Positions 11,032 to 24,337 are shown, counted from the stretch's first letter. The stretch: DNA of 64,000 bases from Candidatus Freyarchaeum deiterrae (GCA_037305845.1 CP147778.1:1824001-1888000); one strand, 5' to 3'. Notes: generated from the sequence alone by a model not told the origin. Translations and numbers: made by a program.

Positions 11032-11994
11032 ATGATGAAAGTTCCGGCGAGAAAGGGAGCGGTAAAAGTAATATTATTGGCAGTGGTTCTCCTCACAGCA
11101 ACAATCACGTTTCTCTCAATCCAAAACCAAAATACGTGTCCTCTCGTCAATGCATACCTGCAAGACATCTTCCCAGGTTCTCCCACCATCATTCAAGAAA
11201 AGACTATTAACATATCTTCTGACTACACGTTTAATGGAGACTTCTATGAAACGATAAATGTGGCTGCGGACAACATAGTGATAGACGGGAACGGATACAC
11301 TGTGCAAGGCAATGGATCTGGTTACGGCTTCTACTTAGGTGGCAGAAGCAACGTGACCATCAAGAATGCCATAGTCAAAGGGTGGCAATGCGGCTTCTGC
11401 TTAGAATATAGCTCGTACAATACTCTTTCGGATAACACCGCAATCAATAACACTAATTATGGCTTCAATCTGTACCATAGCTCGTACAATACTCTTTCGG
11501 GTAACACCGCAAACAACAACGGCTGGGGCGGCGGCTGGGGCGGCTTCCATTTGGATAGTTACAGTTCGTACAACAATCTTTCGGGCAACACAGCCACAAA
11601 CAACCCCCAAGGCTTCGAACTGTACTATTACTCGGACCACAACAATCTTTTGAGTAATACCGCTTCATACAACGGCTGGGGCTTCTACCTAGACAGTAGC
11701 TCTTACAACACTCTTAGGGGTAACACCATCATAATCATCTACTCTGGCAACGACATCCGCCAAAACCTAGGCTCACACGACAACATTCTTATGGGTAATA
11801 CAGTCATTTCCACCTCCTTACCTTTTTCATTATATAGCTTGTTTTACTCTTATCAGGCGGCGCAATCTACTTCAAATATGAATAGTGAATTTTTATTGGC
11901 GATAGTTCTTGTCGTATGCTTAGCGTTTGTCTATAAGATGATGAAGAGTGCCGCCAAGGCCAGGAGCAAGCCCGGAGCCAAACCCAAACGATGA
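11032..11994 (+). CDS. Membrane-anchored parallel beta-helix (NosD/CASH-like) surface protein
   Basis: N-terminal signal/TM segment, IVIDGNGYTV motif, repeated 'SSYNTLSGNTA.NN..GF.L' units, C-terminal TM helix with a basic tail. Confidence 0.85.
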   Translation: MMKVPARKGAVKVILLAVVLLTATITFLSIQNQNTCPLVNAYLQDIFPGSPTIIQEKTINISSDYTFNGDFYETINVAADNIVIDGNGYTVQGNGSGYGFYLGGRSNVTIKNAIVKGWQCGFCLEYSSYNTLSDNTAINNTNYGFNLYHSSYNTLSGNTANNNGWGGGWGGFHLDSYSSYNNLSGNTATNNPQGFELYYYSDHNNLLSNTASYNGWGFYLDSSSYNTLRGNTIIIIYSGNDIRQNLGSHDNILMGNTVISTSLPFSLYSLFYSYQAAQSTSNMNSEFLLAIVLVVCLAFVYKMMKSAAKARSKPGAKPKR

Positions 11995-12138
11995 AAGTCA
12001 CTATCCTAGTGGCTCGTCTCACTGATTCTAGAGTTGAACTTAATATGTATACGCTCATTTTTTACTCATCATTTAGGATACTGCTGAAGATACCTTTGAT
12101 CTTATAATCCATATTGTACATTTTTTCTGTTTTAAATT

Positions 12139-12202
12139 CGGCTGGATCACCTCCTTCGAAAAAAATGGCTTATAGTAAGTCCAGCTTGTGCGTAAATGGG
12201 TT
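12139..12202 (+). repeat. 16S rRNA 3'-terminus fragment plus trailer (copy 3)
   Basis: Exact CGGCTGGATCACCTCCT with no 16S body upstream, then GGCTTATAGTAAGTCCAGCTTGTG (12167-12190). Confidence 0.85.
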
Positions 12203-12760
12203 TAATGAGCGTTAAACTAATTTTGGTTTTACAAGAGTTTGATTTTGCAGTTTACAGCACTTGTCTTTTGTTCTGTTTTTTTACCATATAATATATGAAC
12301 TTCAAAATACGAACTTCAGGTGCGAATAGACAGAACTTAAAACTGGAATAAGAAGATGCTACTGCAATAAGTGGCGGTCGCGAATTAGAATTATTATCAG
12401 CGATAACTGGTTTACTCTAGTTGGAGGATAATTTAGCGAATTCGTTTGTTGCAATATTTTACTGTGCTCGTCATGTTGTTTCAATCTGTCTAAAATTGGT
12501 TTAACTTTATCAATAAATTTATTTATACATGTGTAAATTCTGAAACTTCTTGAATCCTAGCAATCATAGAGCACGATACCAAAAGCTTAAAAATGTGGAG
12601 TAGATTTAAACTTATGGCAATAATCCTTGTGTTTGATATTGTAAAACACTATAATTGCTCAATTATTTGGATGCACCCCAGGAACCAAAGTTAAGTTTCT
12701 GGGCGAAGGGCGTAGTGAATTTAAGGCTCTGGGTCTTAAATCATGATGATCGCTATGCAA

Positions 12761-12796
12761 AGGCTTTATTCTTACAGACGCCAATCAGTGGGCATT
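12761..12796 (+). other. 5' strand of the 23S pre-rRNA processing stem (BHB-like); pairs with 15894-15929
   Basis: AGGCTTTAT-T-CTTACAGA and TCAGTGGGCATT pair with AATGTCCACTGG and TCTGTAAG-ATAAAGCCT, with an imperfect central helix and bulges between them. Confidence 0.8.
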
Positions 12797-12803
12797 AAGT
12801 AAG

Positions 12804-15887
<3,084 letters not shown>

Positions 15888-16114
15888 TGGAAAAATGTCC
15901 ACTGGTGCGAAATCTGTAAGATAAAGCCTAAATTAATTACTATTTTTGAGCAATGGATCTGTTAAATTAAACTGTAAGACAAATATTTTATCATATTTCT
16001 ATTTCTGTGGAGGGCCTTTCTGACCGAAAGTTTCAATAGTTTGCTATGTTTTTTTTATTGTGGCCCGCCTTCGAGAACTATCCGACCTTATTTTTGTAAA
16101 ATGGAATGAAGCGT

Positions 16115-16360
16115 AGGGCAAGAGGTTGGGCTACAATTCTCGCCGCGAGATACCTATTCGACGGGCTTCTTCAGGATTGTGGCGCTTGCCTTTTAGATGA
16201 TTGGGGAGCCAACCCAGATAGGTTACAGCGGTTTGGGAGCTGCCGGAGATTCCCTGGTATGAGAGAACACAGCTGAGGGACGAGCAAGTCGCTCCATCCT
16301 AGGATGCTGTGCGTTAGTATTTTCAGGGTACACGGCGTCTCCAACTATCCCCTTTTCTAA
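16115..16360 (+). ncRNA. Candidate structured non-coding RNA of unknown family
   Basis: GC-richer island with many nested helices, e.g. 16130-16140/16173-16183 (11 bp) and 16115-16122/16185-16192 (8 bp). G-U pairs favour the + strand. Confidence 0.55.
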
Positions 16361-16582
16361 TCCACAAACTCTCCCCTGCATTTTTATGTGGAGTACTATA
16401 TTAATAGCAGGGTTGAATAACGCGGAGCAAATAGCTTTTCCTGAAAACTCTCTGTATCTTTTTTTTCAAATATTTAATTCTTTTATATTTAGGGTCAATA
16501 AAAATATATAAATACTTTAAAGAAAAATTAATAAGTTGTTTCTGCCTTTTTAAAATGGCGTGAGTTGATTTAGATTTTAAAT

Positions 16583-17383
16583 GTGCATGCGGTGAATTTC
16601 TTGAAGACGCAAAAAGACTCTCAAGCAGATGATGAAAAACTTGTAATACTTGACATAGACGGTACTTTAGGTTTATCACTTATTCCAGAGGAAGAAGCAA
16701 TAAGGAGAATTTTTCGATTGGTTTGCCTTGAAGCTAACAAGGGTTGTGATTCGAAAATTAGCGAGGAAGAAGTAGAAAATTTTTACAAACAGGCAAAAAA
16801 GGAACACTATGAACTGTATCCACTCAAGCCAAAGAGACATAACAAAAGGTTAAGATTGAGAATATTTCTCAACAAAGTACAGGAGCATAATGGGGTAAGA
16901 TTCGGCTCAAGTTTCCTCAATAAACTTCATAAATTTTATTGGGATTATTTTGTAGCTCACGCTAAACCATACCCTGATACATGTAAAACGCTTGAAGAGT
17001 TGATGAAGAAATCAATAGTAGTTATCGCTACTAATAATGAGGACAAAGAAACTGAAATAAAAACGAAGTTATTTGGACTTGAGGCGGGAAAACACTACAG
17101 ATACTTATTTTCTTCAGAACAGTTAGGTGTATGTAAACCAGCACCGGAATTCATTGAAAAATTAATTCACCTATTAGAAGAGGATTTGGGTCAGCAAGTT
17201 TCTTGCAAAAGAGTTTTTGTTGTGGGCGATGATCCAAGTAAGGATTTTGCTTGGGCGAAATCCATTGGGGCTATTACAATACGCATAAAAAAGGATTTAC
17301 ACGCTGACAGAGAACCAAATAATGAGGAAGAGAAACCAGACTATACGGTAGACAACATCTCAGAAATTTTAGACATAATCTAA
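16583..17383 (+). CDS. HAD-superfamily hydrolase
   Basis: ILDIDGTL motif I, ATNN, KP, and VVGDDPSKD motif IV. Confidence 0.9.
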   Translation: MHAVNFLKTQKDSQADDEKLVILDIDGTLGLSLIPEEEAIRRIFRLVCLEANKGCDSKISEEEVENFYKQAKKEHYELYPLKPKRHNKRLRLRIFLNKVQEHNGVRFGSSFLNKLHKFYWDYFVAHAKPYPDTCKTLEELMKKSIVVIATNNEDKETEIKTKLFGLEAGKHYRYLFSSEQLGVCKPAPEFIEKLIHLLEEDLGQQVSCKRVFVVGDDPSKDFAWAKSIGAITIRIKKDLHADREPNNEEEKPDYTVDNISEILDII

Positions 17384-17560
17384 AAATTTAGCGGTTTACT
17401 TAATGATCATCATTCGCTTTAGATCAAGTGAATCATTCTTTTTTATTTGCATTATTTCTCATTTAATATTAGCGAAATACTTTTATGAAAAAACGGCGGA
17501 ATTATCAAATAAGTCTTTCTACCTTTACTGCAAAAATAGCACTAGTTTGAAGGTGTTTCC

Positions 17561-18517
17561 ATGGTTCAAGTGGTTAGTATGGGCGCCATAAACTATGATA
17601 TCAATCTTTTTATAGAAAGCTTTCCCAAAACAGGAGAAGAGGTGCCGGTAAAGGGGATAACACGTATTCCCGGAGGAAAGGGCGCTAATGTTGCTGTGGC
17701 AGCTGCGAGAGTTTCGGCTCCCGGCGAGGTTGCCTTTATAGGAGGATTGGGTGATGACCAGATAGCCGAGATGCAGAAAGAAGTTTTGAATAATGAGGGG
17801 GTTGATATCAGTGGAATTATAACGGTTAAGGGTGCGGAATCAGGACAAGCCTATATTGTAATTGATTCAAAGGGTGAGAATGTTATTCACACGCTTTTCG
17901 GTGCAAATCATGAAATTTCGCCAAAGGAAATAGAAGAAGAGGGTAGATTAGCACTGATACGTGAAGCTAAGGTTCTCGCCATAGTCGACCCCCCACTTCC
18001 AGTTGTTAAGAACGTTATGGCGCTGGGAAAGAGGTTCGGGGCTATTAACATCTGGGACCCCGGGATACACTGTACAAAAAAATATGATTCTCTAAAAGAT
18101 ATTTTAAAATTTGTTGATATTCTTTTGGTGAACGCTGTCGAAGTTGAAAACTTAACCGGCTTCAGCGAACCAGAGGAAGTGAGAAAACGTCTTTCTCCGA
18201 TTAATAAGACTTTAACTGTCATCAAGAAAATGGGAGCAGAAGGTTCCCAGTTGATTGAGCCAGGAGATAAACCATTTGCCCTAATAAAGGGAATTCCACT
18301 CCAAAAATACGGTTTCAAAGTGCTTAATACGGTAGGCTGCGGCGACGCTTTCCATGGCGTACTTGCAAGTTCAATGGCTCAAGGATACTCTCTTACTGAG
18401 GCTTTACAAAGAGCAAACCTAGCGGGAGCGTTCAAAGCAACTAGAAGTGAAACAAGGGGAAGCCCAACCAAAGAAGAATTGGAAAAGTTCTCTAAAAAAA
18501 TTAAAAACGGCTTTTGA
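17561..18517 (+). CDS. rbsK: Ribokinase / PfkB-family carbohydrate kinase
   Basis: PGGKGANVAVAAAR and NTVGCGDAF signatures. Confidence 0.85.
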   Translation: MVQVVSMGAINYDINLFIESFPKTGEEVPVKGITRIPGGKGANVAVAAARVSAPGEVAFIGGLGDDQIAEMQKEVLNNEGVDISGIITVKGAESGQAYIVIDSKGENVIHTLFGANHEISPKEIEEEGRLALIREAKVLAIVDPPLPVVKNVMALGKRFGAINIWDPGIHCTKKYDSLKDILKFVDILLVNAVEVENLTGFSEPEEVRKRLSPINKTLTVIKKMGAEGSQLIEPGDKPFALIKGIPLQKYGFKVLNTVGCGDAFHGVLASSMAQGYSLTEALQRANLAGAFKATRSETRGSPTKEELEKFSKKIKNGF

Positions 18518-18677
18518 ATTCGGTATGCCTAGTCTATTTTTGATTTTTAATAATTGTTTTAAGATATAATTTAACCCCAAAATTTATGTAGGTTCTCACG
18601 ATTTTTCTGTATTTAATAAGAGAAATTCAAATACTTGACTAGAAATAATAATCAATCTTTCACGGAGTTGCAGGTAA

Positions 18678-19964
18678 ATGGTTGATATACAAAAAGTCTT
18701 CAAGAAGATAGGGCTCGAATTCGACGCAGAGAGTGGAGCCTATGTTCACAATAAAACAAATATCCCCCTTACAGTTCACTACGAACCAGAAGAGGAGAAT
18801 ATGGTTCTACTAGACCAGACAAAGCTTCCTTACGAGTTCACGGTGTGGAAAACCAAGGATTATCGAAAAGCTGGCATTCCAGGCATAAAGGGAATGGTCG
18901 TCCGAGGTAGTCAGGCAATAGGATGCGCAGCAGCCTATGGAATGTTACTGGCAGCCAACGAGTTTAAAGAAGAGAATAAAAACAATTTCTTGAAAAAGCT
19001 GAGAGAAGCAGCAGATTTCTTAAACAGCACAAGACCAACAGCCTCACCCCTAAAATGGGCAACAGATTTGTGTCTCAGAACGGCGGAAAAATCTCTTAAC
19101 CAAAATGGCAGCGTAGAGGAAACAGTTGAAGCTGTAAGGGAAGCAGCAGACTATTTTCTAGCTGCGGATCTTATACTTAGTTGGTATCTACGTCAGGATG
19201 GAAAGCAACACCTAGAGGACGGGGATGTTGTCATGACCCACTGCAACGGTGGAAGCATGTCCTCAAGTTACGGTGGTCACGCTCTGGGAATGCTTGAAGA
19301 AGCTTACGTTGAAGGAAAAGACATACTCATGGTTTCAAAAGAAACACGCCCCCGCAGCCAAGGATATAAACTCACAACCTGGGAGCTAAACCGTGCCCAG
19401 ATACCGACAATAATCATAACCGACAATATGATATCATCCTCCTTCGAACGTTTTGGCGTGAATAAAGTTATACTAGGAGTGGATAGAGTGGCTAGAGACG
19501 GATCGGTAGCAAACAAAATAGGGTCTGCCGACATTGCAAGAGTAGCAGACCTTTACGGAAATGTGGACTTTTACTACGCTACTTCATACAGCACAATTGA
19601 TCTACAAACCGAGAAAGGAAAAGATATACCAATAGAGGAACGCAGCATAGATGAAGTCACATATCTATACGCCCTCGAGGCCGAAGACAAGAGAAAGAAT
19701 AAGGTGATCAGTGAAAAAAGTCTAAAGGAGTGGCCGCCAAAAAATATACTCACAAACAAAAAGATACCGGGAAGAGGAGAAATAGCCATATACAACCCCT
19801 CTTTCGATGTCACTCCGCCCAAGCTTATCGACCTAATAATAACCGATATAGGAGTCTTTGCGCCACACCAGATTAAAACTCTAACAGACGAAAAAATGAA
19901 CCAAATCGTAAATCAGAGATTGGAAGCTCAAGGAATTAAAGTTCCAGAAATCATAATGGCATAA
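18678..19964 (+). CDS. mtnA: Methylthioribose-1-phosphate isomerase / eIF-2B-alpha family protein (long paralog)
   Basis: LLDQTKLP, MVVRGSQAIG, TRPTA, MTHCNGG, ETRP, ANKIG and NPSFDVTP motifs. Confidence 0.8.
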   Translation: MVDIQKVFKKIGLEFDAESGAYVHNKTNIPLTVHYEPEEENMVLLDQTKLPYEFTVWKTKDYRKAGIPGIKGMVVRGSQAIGCAAAYGMLLAANEFKEENKNNFLKKLREAADFLNSTRPTASPLKWATDLCLRTAEKSLNQNGSVEETVEAVREAADYFLAADLILSWYLRQDGKQHLEDGDVVMTHCNGGSMSSSYGGHALGMLEEAYVEGKDILMVSKETRPRSQGYKLTTWELNRAQIPTIIITDNMISSSFERFGVNKVILGVDRVARDGSVANKIGSADIARVADLYGNVDFYYATSYSTIDLQTEKGKDIPIEERSIDEVTYLYALEAEDKRKNKVISEKSLKEWPPKNILTNKKIPGRGEIAIYNPSFDVTPPKLIDLIITDIGVFAPHQIKTLTDEKMNQIVNQRLEAQGIKVPEIIMA

Positions 19965-20012
19965 AACGGTTTGAAGGCCAACTAATCTACTAGAAAGCGT
20001 AATTGGAGAATC

Positions 20013-21320
20013 CTAGTAGGAGGATTCTCTATACTTTTCTAAAAACGTGTCAAGCTCTTCCCCATAATCCCCTTCTGCTCTTAGGTCAATCAGCTTTTTC
20101 CCCTTTCTACCAATAACCGGGATACTGTCTTTTTCCACAACTTTTACTGTAGTGGGGTTAAACCAGAGCTTACCACCAAACCTGTCAGATATACTACCAA
20201 GTTGACTAGGAGTAAGCGAATCAGAATCAATGAAAACATCTATGCGATCTAAGCCGGATGAATCCTCACTAACCACAACCAAGTAATCTCTAATACCCTT
20301 ATAATCGAAAATTGCAGAATCGATGGCGAAAGGACTAGTAAGAGTCCCCTTTATCTTAATCAAACCATCCAAACGATACTCCGGAGGCATAACCCTTCGA
20401 GTAACACGGCCACAAGAACAGTCACCACTAACTACAAAAGAACTATCCCTAGAGCGAAACCTGATAGCCAAAGTACCCGTTCTGGAGAGAGTAGTGTAAA
20501 CCAATTCTCCCCTCTCGCCTTCAGGCAATCTCTCACTTGTCTCTGGATTAATAACCTCAACAAATGAAAGATCTTCGGGCCAGTGTACACCAAATTTTTC
20601 CTCACACTCACCCCCACTACCAGCCTCCGTCAGTCCATATCCGATCCTGAGATCGATGCCCCAAATATCCTCTGTACGCTTCCTCTTCACCTCCGGCACA
20701 GGCTCACCGAGTGCATACCCTTTCTCAAGGGAACTTTCCCGAGGATCCTCACCAAAGATATCCTCGTACATAGTAGCCCACTTCAATATAAATTGAGCAA
20801 TACCAATGATACTAGTGGGACGATAAAAGTGAATCATATCCACCTGTTGCCTACTACTCGTTAGCTTACCAGCCGGAACAACAACAGCTCCAATCCGTCG
20901 AAGAGCCTCGTGGAAACACAACCCTGCAAAGAACATACCATACGGACTGCAATTGATTACCGTGTCTCCTTTTTTGATTCCTGCTGTTTGCAGGTTTCGG
21001 GCTTCGTTTGAGACTTGTACCTCTACATCGTTGTTGGTGTAACCTACTACGGTTGGTGTGCCTGAGGTTCCTGAGGTTGTGTGGAAGACTGATAGGTCGT
21101 CGGGGTCTGCGATTGCTGCCCTGTAGTCTTTAACTATGTCTTGTTTGCTGGAGAAGGGGAGTTTTTCTAGATCTTTGATGTTTGTGATGTCTGCGGGTCT
21201 TAGTCCTGCTTCTTTGAACTTTTCGCTGTACAACTTTGTTCTGAATGCTAGTTCCATTGTGCGCTTGAACTTCTTTTCTTGAATCTTCAACAACTCTTCT
21301 CTGGTCATGTCCGGCTCCAT
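20013..21320 (-). CDS. Phenylacetate-CoA ligase family AMP-forming ligase
   Basis: HTTSGTSGTP, YGLTE and GELVYTTL...IRFRSRD motifs. Confidence 0.85.
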   Translation of the reverse strand: MEPDMTREELLKIQEKKFKRTMELAFRTKLYSEKFKEAGLRPADITNIKDLEKLPFSSKQDIVKDYRAAIADPDDLSVFHTTSGTSGTPTVVGYTNNDVEVQVSNEARNLQTAGIKKGDTVINCSPYGMFFAGLCFHEALRRIGAVVVPAGKLTSSRQQVDMIHFYRPTSIIGIAQFILKWATMYEDIFGEDPRESSLEKGYALGEPVPEVKRKRTEDIWGIDLRIGYGLTEAGSGGECEEKFGVHWPEDLSFVEVINPETSERLPEGERGELVYTTLSRTGTLAIRFRSRDSSFVVSGDCSCGRVTRRVMPPEYRLDGLIKIKGTLTSPFAIDSAIFDYKGIRDYLVVVSEDSSGLDRIDVFIDSDSLTPSQLGSISDRFGGKLWFNPTTVKVVEKDSIPVIGRKGKKLIDLRAEGDYGEELDTFLEKYRESSY

Positions 21321-21421
21321 AACAACACCATCAAAGTTTTAGAATTAAGTATATAAAAAGATTATTGAGTAGTAAAGTCATGTATAACGCAAATAACTTC
21401 TGGAAAATCATTTGAAGTAAG

Positions 21422-21760
21422 GTGTTTGATTTGCAGCGGAGAAATTGCAGGGAAATGAGTGCTGAGGAAATCGAATACTGGAGAATAAATGTGTTAGAGA
21501 AAAGTATAGATATAGATTCTACTGAGTGGCACAGAAGAGCTCTTCTCGCCATGCAAAGTTCTGTAAGGCGTGATATTCTGATTCTTCTAAAAGATAAGGC
21601 GCTTACGATAGTCGAAATAATAAGCAATTTAAAGCTGGAAGAAAAGGCGGTGCAATTTCATCTTCAATTTCTCAAACAAACCCTTTTCATAACAATAGAA
21701 GGGAGCATAGTAGACCTAACACCTTTTGGATTTGTATACCTAAAAAATGTTATAAGATAA
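21422..21760 (+). CDS. Winged-helix (ArsR-like) transcriptional regulator
   Basis: VRRDILILL....LTIVEI...L......VQFHLQFL pattern. Confidence 0.65.
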   Translation: MFDLQRRNCREMSAEEIEYWRINVLEKSIDIDSTEWHRRALLAMQSSVRRDILILLKDKALTIVEIISNLKLEEKAVQFHLQFLKQTLFITIEGSIVDLTPFGFVYLKNVIR

Positions 21761-21959
21761 AACACTATAAAACCGCAAATATAGTATAAAGCCTATCCAA
21801 ACGTTTTCAATAAATTTGTAAAGCGTAATAAGCCGTAAACAATCTTACTAAAAATAAATTAACGAGAATTGATTGCGATAGGTTTCGAAAATTCGCGAGT
21901 ACAAAGGTAAACTCTTTGATGTACATACGGATTAAAAAGAGAAGGGTGGGTAACCCCTT

Positions 21960-23012
21960 TTAAAAATCATAGTCCGTCACAACATATTTTTTATCAGTAC
22001 CTATACTGAATACACTGAATTTTTTGCCCTTTGGTGTTACCATGTCGAGTTTAAGCAAAGGATATACAAATATCGGGTACTCTGGGGTCTCAGCCCCTTT
22101 AGGGCCCTTTTTCTCTAGATCCTTGAAAGTTGTCCTAGCCTTGTTCATTTTATCTTCTACTTCTTTGTTGTAGAATCCGAGCTGTGGGGTGATCTCCTTT
22201 TCATTAAGACTGTTGTAGTCTTTAACACTTATTCCCTCAATGTTAGCGAATTCTTTGTTAATCACATCTGCCAAATGCTTTTCGAATTCTGCTCTAAAGA
22301 ACAGATGAGGGATGCCTTCGGTCTTAAACGGTACAGCACCGTTAGCGTATTCAAACATAGTACCAGTACCTTTGCACTGTTTGCAAGTGGTTTTTGCTTC
22401 TCCATGACACTTGTCACAATCAACCTTCCCAGTACCACCACAAGTAGTACATTTTATTGTTCCAAGGCCACCGCAAGTATAACAGTTATGAGGCAGGTCC
22501 ATATCGGTTTTCTTTCCCTCTGTCATGACCTTTAGCTTTAAATAAAGCTTCTTATCTCCCTTACAAGTGGGACAAGTAAGGTTTCCACTTCCATTACACT
22601 TCTTACACGCCAAAGCCCCTGAACCATTACACTTATCACAGGTGATGAAACCCTTTCCGCTGCATTCATCGCATCTAATTTCTTTTATTGAAGAGTGCAA
22701 AGGAACTACGTTCTCATCCTTCCATTCCGTTGAGTCCACTTCTTTGTTCTCGAAGTGGTGAAAGGTCACTTTCTGCAAATCTTCATAGTTAACTACATTT
22801 TTCTCAACTTCGGTTGTAGAAGAGGGTTCTATCCTAGAATGAAAGAAAAATACTGCATGCTTCTCTACATTCTTAACAGATTCTGCTGCAGAAACATTAG
22901 CCCTCTCGAACTTAACACGCTTCACAGAAAACAATTTCTCAAGCTTTCCCATATCCGCGCGTTCTAACCACTTTGCGAATACATCATCCGCCAAAGGACT
23001 TTTCATAGACAT
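21960..23012 (-). CDS. DnaJ-type CxxCxGxG zinc-finger repeat protein without a J domain (SSUH2-like)
   Basis: Eight CxxCxG repeats, most CxxCxGxG; no HPD motif. Confidence 0.75.
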   Translation of the reverse strand: MSMKSPLADDVFAKWLERADMGKLEKLFSVKRVKFERANVSAAESVKNVEKHAVFFFHSRIEPSSTTEVEKNVVNYEDLQKVTFHHFENKEVDSTEWKDENVVPLHSSIKEIRCDECSGKGFITCDKCNGSGALACKKCNGSGNLTCPTCKGDKKLYLKLKVMTEGKKTDMDLPHNCYTCGGLGTIKCTTCGGTGKVDCDKCHGEAKTTCKQCKGTGTMFEYANGAVPFKTEGIPHLFFRAEFEKHLADVINKEFANIEGISVKDYNSLNEKEITPQLGFYNKEVEDKMNKARTTFKDLEKKGPKGAETPEYPIFVYPLLKLDMVTPKGKKFSVFSIGTDKKYVVTDYDF

Positions 23013-23318
23013 AAAAACGCACCTCTAAAAATTTGGTGTAATATAAATAACCAAATCTACTTAAAATCTTTACCAAAAGCCACAAAGAAAACAAATACAC
23101 AATAGAAGTGAAATTATAAATAAAAAACAAAATAATTCATAAAACCAATAACCAAACAATTTTTAAATATAGAGTATGCAGCATTATAAAAAATAAAAAG
23201 ACACTTATTTAAACCAAAATGAATCATTCATTAAAAACCTAATTATCCCTAAATCTACAAATACTTCGGAAAAAAAGAACCAAATAATAAGGGGGAAATT
23301 CCCCTCGTATAATCGAAA

Positions 23319-24173
23319 TCAGTACAGTGCGAGATCGAGAACTCTGCCACAAGAACATTTTCGCTCTTTTGGAATTCTGCTCAAAGCCGCATATAACAAC
23401 TTTCGAACATTTTCCACATTTTCTTTCATACTTTTCGCCACAGCCGCGGCGTTAACCGGCCTTAACCCGTAAACATCTATGTCTGTAGGCATCGAAATAT
23501 TCACCATGCAAATCTCTGCTTCCTTTGCCAGAGCGCACTCAGGGTAACAAGTCATTCCTACAACTGAGAATCCCTGACCCTTATAGAAGAGGCTCTCCGC
23601 TCTCGTGCTAAACCTCGGCCCATTTATGCAAACATAGGTACCTTCTCCATGTATCTTTAAACCTAATTCACGAGCGGTATCAATAACCGTTTTTCTTAAC
23701 TCAGGGCAGAATGGATCTGCGAACTCTACATGACACACGACGCCACCCTCGAAGTAGGTGTCCTTTCTTTGCCCAAAGGTTCTGTCAAATACTTGTGTGG
23801 ATATTACGAATTCTCCAGGCTTAATTGTTTCAGGTTGTAAACTCCCACATGCAGCAGGGGAAATGATTCTTGTCGCCCCCAAGCTTTTGAACGCCCAGAT
23901 ATTGGCTCTATAATTAATAGCGTGTGGGGGAATCGTGTGATTTCTTCCATGCCTTGCTAGAAAGGCTACTTTGCGTCCTTTTACCAGCCCAATTATAACA
24001 TTATCTGATGGGGCTCCATATGGAGTGTAAACTTTAATTTCTCTTGGATTTTCAAATATTGCCGGATCATAGTTTCCTGTTCCACCCAGAATACCTATTT
24101 CTACTGGAAGGAACTCTTCGACTTCGTCTTTGGAGACACCAATCGGCACAAATACGGCTTCTTTTCTCGTCAT
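23319..24173 (-). CDS. mtnP: S-methyl-5'-thioadenosine phosphorylase
   Basis: IGILGGTG, TPYGAPS, LARHG..H..PPH.INYRANIWA, GPRFSTRAES and VGMT motifs. Confidence 0.93.
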   Translation of the reverse strand: MTRKEAVFVPIGVSKDEVEEFLPVEIGILGGTGNYDPAIFENPREIKVYTPYGAPSDNVIIGLVKGRKVAFLARHGRNHTIPPHAINYRANIWAFKSLGATRIISPAACGSLQPETIKPGEFVISTQVFDRTFGQRKDTYFEGGVVCHVEFADPFCPELRKTVIDTARELGLKIHGEGTYVCINGPRFSTRAESLFYKGQGFSVVGMTCYPECALAKEAEICMVNISMPTDIDVYGLRPVNAAAVAKSMKENVENVRKLLYAALSRIPKERKCSCGRVLDLALY

Positions 24174-24337
24174 TTGGTTATCCTCCTATTTTTCAGTTGT
24201 TTTGATTGCAATTATTAAGCTACTTTAGCTCTTATTTCTTGAGATTTTCTCGGTTTATAAAATTAATTATTTTTTTACTTTTCATTCGTTCTTCTACGTA
24301 GGTGTAATGCGGTTAATGAACTATTTCCCGTTACTCG

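Noticed and set aside
9416-12190. CRISPR array from the 24-nt repeat
   Set aside because: Copies are over 1.2 kb apart with whole genes between them, no cas genes are present, and the repeat is attached to 16S 3'-end sequence.
16060-16380. RNase P RNA, SRP RNA, 5S rRNA, or a 56-codon ORF (MKRRARG...) as the identity of the structured island
   Set aside because: I found no RNase P CR-I/CR-V pair, SRP helix-8 motif or 5S signature on either strand, and the small ORF has no recognisable features.
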